This document shows positions 9,476 through 17,329 of a stretch of 32,000 nt of DNA, in pieces. Below the pieces are notes generated by a model. It had not been told where the DNA came from, made no database searches, and was given only the letters and a program-made list of their open reading frames with translations. The translations under genes were made by a program, and so were the position numbers. How positions within the stretch are numbered: the stretch's first letter is position 1; every line of letters starts with the position of its first letter. The DNA is from Zymomonas mobilis subsp. mobilis ATCC 10988 (GTDB lineage: Bacteria > Pseudomonadota > Alphaproteobacteria > Sphingomonadales > Sphingomonadaceae). The stretch covers positions 900,001 to 932,000 of the forward strand of contig NC_017262.1 of NCBI RefSeq assembly GCF_000175255.2, read 5' to 3'.

Positions 9476-9710
9476 AGATGCCTTATCCTGTCAGTTTTTC
9501 CGACTAATCTGGGCGGCATAGGTGATTTACGAGTCAGGTTCCAGAGACTTCTCCGCTTTAAAGCTGAAAACTCGCCCAGAATAGGCGTATTCGCCACGCT
9601 TTTCAGCTAGCAAGGCAATCCTGTTATCAAAAACGGTAACATTATAGCCAAAAGGGGCTTCTCTTTTACAGGCCCATCGGTTTCACCACGAGATGAACAG
9701 CCTTGCCTTT

Positions 9711-9746
9711 CAGAGATAAAGGGTATCAATCGACTAATTGATACCC
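9711..9746 (-). terminator. Rho-independent terminator after the 315-aa Sel1 gene
   Basis: 10-bp perfect stem GGGTATCAAT/ATTGATACCC (9721-9730 / 9737-9746) with a 6-nt loop. On the minus strand it is followed by TTTATCTCTG. Confidence 0.5.
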
Positions 9747-9790
9747 GTCATCTGCTGTCGCCGAATAAAGGCCGGAAAGCCTCCCTTCAT

Positions 9791-10738
9791 CTAGCGCATC
9801 ATTGATAATATTCTCTGGGCATTAGGTTCACCCTGTCCAGCCGCTTTTTTCAGCCAGAAAACCGCTTTTTCTTTGCTGGCAGGCACACCCTCTCCACTGG
9901 CATAAGCCAAGCCTAAACGGGTCGTCGCTTGGAGATTGCCTTGATCGGCCGCTTTCTGAAACCAAGAGACAGCCTCTCTCGGATTTTTGGCAACGCCCTC
10001 GCCTTTCAGGCAGGCTAAGCCATAAAAGAACTGCCCCTGATCATCGCCTTGAAGAGCGGCTTTTTTAAACCAAAAAGTCGATTTCTCATAGTTTTTCGGC
10101 AGTTTTGTGCCTTCGTGATAGGCCATACCCAAATGGGCTTGCGCCGTGACCGAATTTCCTTCGGCAGCCTTCTGATACCAAGAAATGGCTTTTTCAATAT
10201 TTCTGACAGCAGGATCGCCCGTTTCATAAACTTCACCCAAGAAATTTTGAGCTTGAGGGAAAGCCTGATCCGCTGCTTTTTGTAGCCAAAAAATAGCCTT
10301 TTGGTCATTTTTGGGAACGCCCTGCCCCATATGATAGGCGGCACCTAATAAGGTTTGAGCATCCAAATTCCCCTGATCGGCGGCCTTTTGATACCAGAAG
10401 ATAGCCTTTTCCTGATTTTTAGGCAGACCCACGCCTTGCTGATAGGCATTGCCCAAAAGGGTCTCGGCATCAGAATGTCCTTGGTCAGCCGCTTTTTGCA
10501 GCCAGAAAATGCCTTTGGCATAATCATGGGGCAAAGTTTTGCCTCTAAAATAGCCAAAGCCCACTTTCGCCTCGGCATCAGCATTGCCTTGATCGGCCGC
10601 TTTTTGCAAAGCAGGCGTATAGTCGCTCTGCAATCTTACCGTTATCGATTGGCTTTTGGCCTGCGCGGCAGGCTGCGCTTGCGCTGCACTCAAAATAAAA
10701 GGGAAAAGAACGGTGGTAAAAGATAAAATTTTCTTCAT
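9791..10738 (-). CDS. Secreted Sel1-like repeat protein
   Basis: 315-aa ORF with a signal peptide (MKKILSFTTVLFPFILSAAQA|Q). About 7 Sel1 repeats follow (KAIFWYQKAADQGNLDAQTLLGAAYHMGQGVPKN and similar). Confidence 0.9.
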   Translation of the reverse strand: MKKILSFTTVLFPFILSAAQAQPAAQAKSQSITVRLQSDYTPALQKAADQGNADAEAKVGFGYFRGKTLPHDYAKGIFWLQKAADQGHSDAETLLGNAYQQGVGLPKNQEKAIFWYQKAADQGNLDAQTLLGAAYHMGQGVPKNDQKAIFWLQKAADQAFPQAQNFLGEVYETGDPAVRNIEKAISWYQKAAEGNSVTAQAHLGMAYHEGTKLPKNYEKSTFWFKKAALQGDDQGQFFYGLACLKGEGVAKNPREAVSWFQKAADQGNLQATTRLGLAYASGEGVPASKEKAVFWLKKAAGQGEPNAQRILSMMR

Positions 10739-10900
10739 AGATACCTTATAATTTAGAAGAAAATCTTCATATCTTTTTCACCACTCTCATTTCAACAATT
10801 TTTATCCAAAATTTGATTACAATCAATCAAACTGAAATAACTTTAAATCACTTCGGATCATCATACGCTTCCGAATAAAAAACGATTTCTATCTGAAAAA

Positions 10901-11830
10901 TTAACTGGAAAGATGGCGGTGATGACTTCTGACACAGGAAAAAACGCTGGCTACAAGTGCAATAAAGGCCATGATTTCCAAAGGATGTGGCCACCGTTTT
11001 TCCCATAGAAAACCGTAAATCAGGGCAAAAAGCGTTTCAAAAAGGATCATCTGCCCGACCATTGTTAAAGGCAAAAGACGGGACATCCTGTTCCATAAAG
11101 CATTGCCAATAATCGAGGCGGCAAGCGCTACACCAATGGCGACAAGGGAAAACTGCATCCATTCATTAAAAGGATGTGCATTTCTCGTCGTAAAGACGAC
11201 AATCGGTATCAAAAGAACTGCCTGAAAACCCGTAGCCAACCCTGTCAATAGATTCCAGTCATGCACAGAAAGATGCGGCAAACGTGACAAGGCACGACTA
11301 TTCCCCACAGCATAAGCCGTCCATGAGGCCAAAGCCCCCAAAGCCAGAAACAAACCCGTAACCGGATGCCCCGATCTGGTAGTCAAAGCCTGCGCTCCTA
11401 TACAAAAGGCGCCCGCGATACAAAAACTTAAAGACGGCCAGAGACGGCGTAAAGCTATCGCTTCGGCATCCCGACTACCGATAATCGACACCGTAACCGG
11501 TAAAAATCCAAGGATAAGAGAGGTCAGGGCAATACCGCCCAACTTCACAGCATTAGATAGCAAAGTGTAATAGAGGGTATTCCCAAGCAAGGCGAGACAG
11601 AGCAAAGTCCGAATTTCCGAGAGCGATATAGTTTTTTTCAGATATGACCATTTAGGTATCGCCAATATCAAAGAGATAACGCCATAAGCGAGGAAACGCC
11701 CGACAACTAACTGCAAAGAGGTAAATTCCGGCACCAATTCCGGTGCCAAAAAGACCAATCCCCAAAAGACCCCAGCACCAGCACCAAACAAGACACCGGA
11801 TATAATCGAGCTATGCGCCTCTTTCACCAT
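10901..11830 (-). CDS. EamA/DMT-family transporter (probable metabolite exporter)
   Basis: 309-aa polytopic membrane ORF of about 10 hydrophobic segments, with the two-halves architecture typical of EamA-domain proteins. It is divergent from an Lrp/AsnC regulator gene. Confidence 0.8.
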   Translation of the reverse strand: MVKEAHSSIISGVLFGAGAGVFWGLVFLAPELVPEFTSLQLVVGRFLAYGVISLILAIPKWSYLKKTISLSEIRTLLCLALLGNTLYYTLLSNAVKLGGIALTSLILGFLPVTVSIIGSRDAEAIALRRLWPSLSFCIAGAFCIGAQALTTRSGHPVTGLFLALGALASWTAYAVGNSRALSRLPHLSVHDWNLLTGLATGFQAVLLIPIVVFTTRNAHPFNEWMQFSLVAIGVALAASIIGNALWNRMSRLLPLTMVGQMILFETLFALIYGFLWEKRWPHPLEIMAFIALVASVFSCVRSHHRHLSS

Positions 11831-11925
11831 AGGAAAATCCCCTGTTCCTGACAGAAGAGCTATATCATACGACAGGTGAGATTTGCGCTCTTGATCGGGG
11901 GCATAAATGCAATAATAACTCGCTT

Positions 11926-12402
11926 ATGGAAAAAGCTTATCGCAATCTAGACGCTTTCGATCGTGCTATTTTACGCATTATCCAGCGCGATAATAAAATG
12001 CCGCAACGTCAGATTGCCGAAGCTGTCCATTTATCGGCAGCCGCTGTTCAAAGGCGAATTGCCGCCATGGAAAAATCAGGTATCATTATCAGAAATCAAG
12101 CTGTCATTGATGCCCGTTCTGTACAAATGACAATCACAGCGATTGTTGAAGTCCATTTAATCAATGAACGGATGGATACGGTCAATAATGCCAAAAGGCT
12201 GTTTCATAATGCCCCCGAAGTACAGCAATGCTATTATGTCACTGGTGGGATCAGCTTTGTTCTGATTATGCTTTTGCCTGATATCACCGCTTACGAGGCA
12301 ACGACCCGTCGTTTATTTTCCGATAATGATGATATTGCCAGTTTTCGGACACTTATTGTCCTTGACCTGATCAAGACAGGTTCCGAAATCATTATCCCTT
12401 AA
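11926..12402 (+). CDS. Lrp/AsnC-family transcriptional regulator
   Basis: 158-aa ORF with an N-terminal HTH (LDAFDRAILRIIQRDNKMPQRQIAEAVHLSAAAVQRRIAAMEKSGII) and a C-terminal RAM/AsnC_trans_reg-like domain. Confidence 0.9.
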   Translation: MEKAYRNLDAFDRAILRIIQRDNKMPQRQIAEAVHLSAAAVQRRIAAMEKSGIIIRNQAVIDARSVQMTITAIVEVHLINERMDTVNNAKRLFHNAPEVQQCYYVTGGISFVLIMLLPDITAYEATTRRLFSDNDDIASFRTLIVLDLIKTGSEIIIP

Positions 12403-12470
12403 CTCGCCCCTTCCAATCCAAGAAAAAGGGAACCGCCACAGCAAGACTTTGTTTTTCTACCATAAGGCTA

Positions 12471-13317
12471 GGCTCAGGACTCATTCTTTGAGATAGAAGA
12501 TGAAACTTGCTGCGATATGGATTGCTGACATGAATGTGTGAGCGCACCGGTCGTATCGTGTTGCGACACGCCGCCAGTCTTTGAGCTTTGCGAACATATT
12601 TTCGATGAGGTGACGCTTTTTATACAGATGCCAGTCGTAAGGCGGCTTTGATTTCCGGTTCTTCTTCGGCGGAATACAGGCGGTGATATTCCGGTCTGCG
12701 AGAGACTGTCTGATTTTATTACTGTCGTATCCCCGGTCCCCGAGAATTTCTTGTGTTTCTTCCGGCAGATTTGCCAGCAGAACATCCGCGCCTTTGAAGT
12801 CACTGACCTGACCTGCGGTCAGATGCAGCCGGACAGGGCGGCCCTGACTATCGCATACAGCGTGAAGCTTTGAGTTCAGTCCGCCTTTCGTGCGTCCGAT
12901 ATGGCGGGGAAAAGCCCCTTTTTGAGCAGGGAGGCCGCTGTCCGGTGTGCTTTCAGATGTGTTGCATCGATCATCAGACGCTTCGAACGGCCTGCCTGCT
13001 CCGTCAGGGCGACGAAGATCCGGTCAAAGACACCCAGGCGGCTCCACCGGATAAACCGGTTGTATAAAGTCTTGTGCGGGCCATACGCTTTCGGGGCGTC
13101 TTTCCACTGAAGGCCGTTGCGGATCACGTAAACGATCCCGCTCAGGACACGACGGTCATCGACACGCGGCACACCATGCGCCAGTGGAAAAAACGGCTTA
13201 ATCCGTTCCATCTGGTGCTCAGACAGCAAAAACACGTCACTCACAGCTTCACCTCCATCGGTAAACCTGTGAATCACAACAGCCCGCTCAACTCAAGAAA
13301 TTAACAGGTCCTGAGCC
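12471..13317 (-). mobile_element. Complete IS5-family (IS427/IS1031-group-like) insertion sequence
   Basis: Terminal inverted repeats GGCTCAGGAC (12471-12480) and GTCCTGAGCC (13308-13317). An inner TTCTT(T)GAG match extends the imperfect IR to about 25 bp. The element is bracketed by cTA|...|TAg, so CTAG is regenerated on both sides, which fits a TA or CTAG target duplication. It contains a two-frame DDE transposase and is visibly more GC-rich than its flanks. Confidence 0.85.
12481..13277 (-). CDS. IS5-family DDE transposase, two frames joined by a probable programmed -1 frameshift
   Basis: orfA is the tracked ORF 12876..13277 (...VLSGIVYVIRNGLQWKDAPKAYGPHKTLYNRFIRWSRLGVFDRIF...DATHLKAHRTAASLLKKG). 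The -1 frame continues as FPRHIGRTKGGLNSKLHAVCDSQGRPVRLHLTAGQVSDFKGADVLLANLPEETQEILGDRGYDSNKIRQSLADRNITACIPPKKNRKSKPPYDWHLYKKRHLIENMFAKLKDWRRVATRYDRCAHTFMSAIHIAASFIFYLKE*, with its stop at 12481-12483. The candidate slippery run C-AAA-AAG is the complement of 12918-12924. Confidence 0.85.
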
Positions 13318-13599
13318 TAGGTCGTTTTATTAGGTCTGTTTGGCCTGAAAACAGTTAAGCCCCATAGGGGTCTTGCCGGATAAACCTTTGTATCCGGTAA
13401 AGATTCGACTTCTTTGACGGAAAAAACAGAGGAAAATTCAATAATTGCGATGGGATATAGCTTAATTTGCGATGAACGGAAAAGGCTTTTAGTAAAAATA
13501 TTGGCTTGGGCTGCCTTTAATCAGAAAATTTAATATTGAAAATCGATTAAGGATAATAGCTTGCCTTTTATCCTGTAACTTCCGACATTATAAGGCGTT

Positions 13600-16431
13600 A
13601 TGTCCCGTCTTTCTTCTTCGTCATCTGTTATCGCTGTTTTGGGCCCGACCAATACCGGAAAGACCCATTTAGCGGTTCAGCGGATGTGTTCCTATACATC
13701 AGGTGTTATAGGATTTCCTTTAAGATTACTGGCTCGCGAGGTTTATGATCGCGTAGTCGAGATCAAAGGCGCTGATCGTGTCGCTTTGATTACGGGCGAA
13801 GAAAAGATTCTGCCGGAGAAAGCCCAATATTTTCTTTGCACGGCAGAATCTATGCCGATGAACCGCGATTTTGCCTTTGCGGCTTTGGATGAAGTGCAAT
13901 TAGGCTGTGATCGCGAGCGGGGGCATGTTTTTACCGATCGCCTGTTGAATTTGAGAGGGCGAGAAGAAACGATGTTTTTAGGGTCGGATGCGCTCCGCCC
14001 TTTGCTGCGCCGTTTAATTCCCGGGATCGAGATTGTTAGCCGTCCCCGATTTTCAACCCTGTCCTATAGTGGCCCGACCAAATTATCGCGTTTGCCTCCA
14101 CGTTCGGCAATCGTCGCCTTTTCAGCCGAAGAAGTTTACGCCACGGCAGAAATGCTGCGCCGTCTGCGCGGTGGGGCTGCGGTCGTTATGGGAGCGTTGT
14201 CGCCTCGCACCAGAAATGCCCAAGTCGAGATGTTTCAGGCGGGGGAAGTCAATTATCTGGTGGCGACTGATGCAATTGGCATGGGGTTGAATATGGATGT
14301 AACCCATGTAGCCTTTGCCTCTTTAAGTAAATTTGATGGAAGGCAAGTCAGAAGGCTGACCATTCCTGAAATGGCACAGATTGCTGGCCGTGCCGGACGG
14401 TATCAACGTGATGGCAGTTTCGGGGTGTTGCAATGGCCGGGTGAAACGCTGGAATTTCGCGAAGAAGAAGTCTCGGCGATCGAAGAGCATCATTTTTCCC
14501 CTGCAGAATATCTCTATTGGCGGGAAGGGCAGCCGGATGTCAGCCGTTTGGATGCGTTGATTGCCTCTTTGGAACGAAAACCCGGGCTGCCTTTATTGCG
14601 GGCTGCACCTGAAAGCTATGATTTGGCTGTTCTCCATAAATTGGCAGAAGATCCGGTCATTAAAGATCGGGCGCGCTCTTCTTTGGCTGTAAAAAGGTTA
14701 TGGGCGGTCTGTGGCTTACCTGATTTTAGAAAGACCGGCATCGAAGCCCATAGTCGTTTAGTTCGGCGAATTTTTGGTTATTTGACTGAGGGTAATGGCT
14801 ATTTGCCTGTCAGTTGGTTTGCGGATGAAATCGTCAAATTGGATAATGTCCAAGGTGATGTCCCGACTTTATCCGAGCGTTTAGCGGGTATTCGTATTTG
14901 GGCCTATATTGCCCACCGATCTGATTGGTTAGAAAATCCGGCGAAATGGGCTGAAAGAACACGAGCATTAGAAGAAAAACTATCAGATGCTTTACATGAA
15001 AGATTAACCCAGCGTTTTGTTGATCGTCGCACCTCTATCCTGATGCAGGATATGGGGAAGGCGGCTTTGGATATGCTGCCAACAGAATTTTCAGAAGATG
15101 GCGTGGTTCTGGTGGGAGGAGAATCCATTGGGCGATTAGATGGCTTTTCTTTCCATGTTGATCCGGCGGCTCGTCATGGTGATATGAAACGGTTACATGC
15201 CGCTGCTGAACGTCGTTTAGGCGGTGAATTAACGCGGCGCGCTAAAGCCTTGCAAGAAGATGAGGATAAGGCTTTCTCTCTGTTGACAGCAAAAGGAGAA
15301 AAAATCGGGATATCTTGGCGTGGATATCCGATTGCCGATTTAGAGCGTGGAAAGTCGTTTTTAACGCCTCGGGTAAAGTTAAGCCGGAAGCTGGATCGTT
15401 TATCACCGATCGATCAAAAGCAGATCGAAGAGCGACTGGTTACATGGTTAAAGGGTAATATCCAGCAGACCTTAGGTAGTCTGGTTAAATTGGCAGAGTT
15501 ATCGGAATTATCTACCACGCCCCCTTCTTTGCGGGCATTATTGGCTTCTTTGGTCGAAAAGGGCGGTTGTCTTCCCCGTGTCGAAATCGATGACATTCTG
15601 AAAATGCTGAACCGCCCTTTGAAAAAACAGGCGGCGGTTTTGGGTATTCGTTTCGGGCGGTTGGATATTTTTATGCCCGCTTTGTTAAAGCCGAAAGCGA
15701 TTGACTGGCGATTAGCGTTATTGGCCGTTTTTCATAATCGTCTTTTGTCCTTTATCCCAAAAAATAGGGGTTCAGCGATAGAAACGCCTCTTGAGAGTGA
15801 CGCTGCGGAAATGGCTGGATGGGTCGGCTTCCGCTCTTTGGGCAGTCAGATGTTGCGGGTCGATAGTGCCGAAAAATTGGCAACGATGGTTCATGATCGG
15901 CGGCCTTCTCAAAAAATGGATAAAAACGCCGTCCATAATAAAATTGATCCGTCCCACCCTTCTTCTGGTCAGAAAACAGAAAGAAAGGTGGCTTCGCCTC
16001 TGTCGAAAAGAGTAAAAAAGAAGGCGGATGATTCCGCGATGGAAGCGGTCAAAAAAGATACCATGAGAAAAGTAAAAATGGCAGGATCTTTGCCGATACC
16101 CGCAAAGAAACAGCCTAAAAAAGGTGACCAAAAGAAGAAAGAAAAGATTCCGCAAAGCCAAGGTAACACGCTGCGTCAGCCTTCCTTTGCCCCTGATCAA
16201 CGTATGATGCAGGCTATGGGTTTGAAAGCTGATGCTTTTGCCAAGTTGATGTTGAAATTGGGTTTTTATCCAGCAGATAAAAAGCAGAAAAAGGATAGCT
16301 CTATTAAAGAGGATAAGCCGCAATGGGTATGGCGGGGCGTAAAGCGGGGCAGTCAGCGGAGGCGCGCTTCTTTTAAAAAACAGCCTGATATTCCCAATGC
16401 TTTTTCTGTTTTAGCCCATTTGAAAAAATGA
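13600..16431 (+). CDS. SF2 ATP-dependent helicase (Suv3-like, alphaproteobacterial type) with a Lys-rich C-terminal tail
   Basis: 943-aa ORF with Walker A GPTNTGKTH, motif II ALDEVQ, TDAIGMGLN, and motif VI QIAGRAGR. The last ~170 aa are Lys/Gln-rich low complexity. Confidence 0.85.
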   Translation: MSRLSSSSSVIAVLGPTNTGKTHLAVQRMCSYTSGVIGFPLRLLAREVYDRVVEIKGADRVALITGEEKILPEKAQYFLCTAESMPMNRDFAFAALDEVQLGCDRERGHVFTDRLLNLRGREETMFLGSDALRPLLRRLIPGIEIVSRPRFSTLSYSGPTKLSRLPPRSAIVAFSAEEVYATAEMLRRLRGGAAVVMGALSPRTRNAQVEMFQAGEVNYLVATDAIGMGLNMDVTHVAFASLSKFDGRQVRRLTIPEMAQIAGRAGRYQRDGSFGVLQWPGETLEFREEEVSAIEEHHFSPAEYLYWREGQPDVSRLDALIASLERKPGLPLLRAAPESYDLAVLHKLAEDPVIKDRARSSLAVKRLWAVCGLPDFRKTGIEAHSRLVRRIFGYLTEGNGYLPVSWFADEIVKLDNVQGDVPTLSERLAGIRIWAYIAHRSDWLENPAKWAERTRALEEKLSDALHERLTQRFVDRRTSILMQDMGKAALDMLPTEFSEDGVVLVGGESIGRLDGFSFHVDPAARHGDMKRLHAAAERRLGGELTRRAKALQEDEDKAFSLLTAKGEKIGISWRGYPIADLERGKSFLTPRVKLSRKLDRLSPIDQKQIEERLVTWLKGNIQQTLGSLVKLAELSELSTTPPSLRALLASLVEKGGCLPRVEIDDILKMLNRPLKKQAAVLGIRFGRLDIFMPALLKPKAIDWRLALLAVFHNRLLSFIPKNRGSAIETPLESDAAEMAGWVGFRSLGSQMLRVDSAEKLATMVHDRRPSQKMDKNAVHNKIDPSHPSSGQKTERKVASPLSKRVKKKADDSAMEAVKKDTMRKVKMAGSLPIPAKKQPKKGDQKKKEKIPQSQGNTLRQPSFAPDQRMMQAMGLKADAFAKLMLKLGFYPADKKQKKDSSIKEDKPQWVWRGVKRGSQRRRASFKKQPDIPNAFSVLAHLKK

Positions 16432-16542
16432 TTTGTGAAATTTTATCGTCCTGTTCCGTTATCTCGGCTGTCTGTGATGCTTCGGCACTTGTCAAAATTT
16501 CATTTAATTCCTAGAGCAGGGCTTCCGTATTCTGGAAAGAGT

Positions 16543-16594
16543 AGGCGTTTGGCCGGAAAAATGGTTTTGATTTTCCGTGTCGGGCGTCTTTTTG
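16543..16594 (+). terminator. Candidate terminator downstream of the helicase gene
   Basis: Long imperfect stem including G-U pairs (AGGCGTTTGGCCGGAAAA / TTTTCCGTGTCGGGCGTCT) around the loop ATGGTTTTGA. It is followed by CTTTTTGG. Confidence 0.4.
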
Positions 16595-16662
16595 GTTGTT
16601 CATCAGGGTGCATCATTCAGCTTTAAAGCCGCGACGTGATGCCCTTATCGGAGTTTTTTATA

Positions 16663-17001
16663 ATGACTTATGTCGTTACCGATGCCTGTATCCGTTGTAA
16701 ATATATGGATTGCGTCGAGGTTTGCCCCGTCGATTGTTTCTATGAAGGCGAGAATATGCTCGTCATCAATCCGAATGAATGCATTGATTGCGGTGTTTGC
16801 GAACCGGAATGTCCGGCTGAAGCTATTTTGCCTGATACTGAAAACGGGCTGGAAAGCTGGATGGAACTGAACCGCAAATATGCCGAAGAATGGCCGAATA
16901 TCACGCATAAAACCGATGTCCCCGCTGATGCCGATGAAATGCGCGAAGTAACGGGCAAATTGGAAAAGTTCTTTTCACCAAAACCGGGAAATGGTGATTA
17001 A
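16663..17001 (+). CDS. fdxA: 7Fe ferredoxin (3Fe-4S plus 4Fe-4S), FdxA type
   Basis: Starts [29 protein letters not shown]...[17 protein letters not shown] chose the ATG at 16663, which has GGAG 9 nt upstream, over the tracked GTG at 16636. Confidence 0.92.
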   Translation: MTYVVTDACIRCKYMDCVEVCPVDCFYEGENMLVINPNECIDCGVCEPECPAEAILPDTENGLESWMELNRKYAEEWPNITHKTDVPADADEMREVTGKLEKFFSPKPGNGD

Positions 17002-17329
17002 TCCTTTTTTGTCCTTTCCCATTTAAGATTACGTTTTCTGTTATAAGCCTAATAACGTCCCTTAATTTTGGGCGTTATTGGGCTATGACCTGTTGGAATT
17101 TTGCCTGATTTGTGTTAAAGAGTCTTTCGAAAAGAAGGTTTTCCAAGGATTTTATTTTAGACAATCAGTGAATGGGTTGTCTCTTTTCATCCTATGTATC
17201 GCAAAAATGGGTTCTCTGCATCATGACTACCGACCGATGTCGGGCTATGATATCTAATTGTCCGGTACCTGATTTTTTAAGATCATCAGTCATCGAACGG
17301 GAACCTTACCACAGGAAAGGTCGTATATA

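Noticed and set aside
9476-9790. Canonical ZTP (pfl) riboswitch upstream of purH
   Set aside because: I could not place the canonical P1-J1/2(ACUGGCGAA)-P2 ... P3-CCGCCUGGGC architecture. The similar fragments are too close together, and the CCGCC downstream is followed by CAGAUU rather than UGGGC. Reported only as an atypical structured leader, pending cmsearch.
10015-10726. Three 79-123-aa ORFs (10015..10344, 10345..10584, 10355..10726) overlapping the 315-aa Sel1 gene
   Set aside because: These are shadow ORFs created by the repetitive, codon-biased Sel1 coding sequence. They have no motifs and lie entirely within a strongly supported gene. The same reasoning applies to 5258..5518 and 5357..5551 inside the large Sel1 gene.
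10851-10875. TTCGGA-N12-TCCGAA hairpin downstream of the EamA gene, considered as its terminator
   Set aside because: On the minus strand the T-run precedes rather than follows the stem, so it does not have intrinsic-terminator geometry.
12474-12803. 109-aa tracked ORF inside the IS element
   Set aside because: It is in the wrong frame. The DDE-domain sequence (RHIGRTKGGLNSKLHAVCD...DRGYDS...) lies in a different frame that has no ATG and is reached by a -1 frameshift from orfA.
15772-16323. 183-aa antisense ORF opposite the helicase tail
   Set aside because: It is an artefact of the low-complexity AAG/AAA-rich coding strand, whose complement is Phe/Leu-rich and free of stops. It has no SD or motifs.
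16435-16626. 63-aa GTG-start ORF between the helicase and fdxA, considered as a possible remnant of an S4-domain gene
   Set aside because: Only a short stretch (KSRRLAGKMV) vaguely resembles an S4 motif. The ORF is largely encoded by the terminator-like hairpin and has no SD, so the evidence is insufficient.
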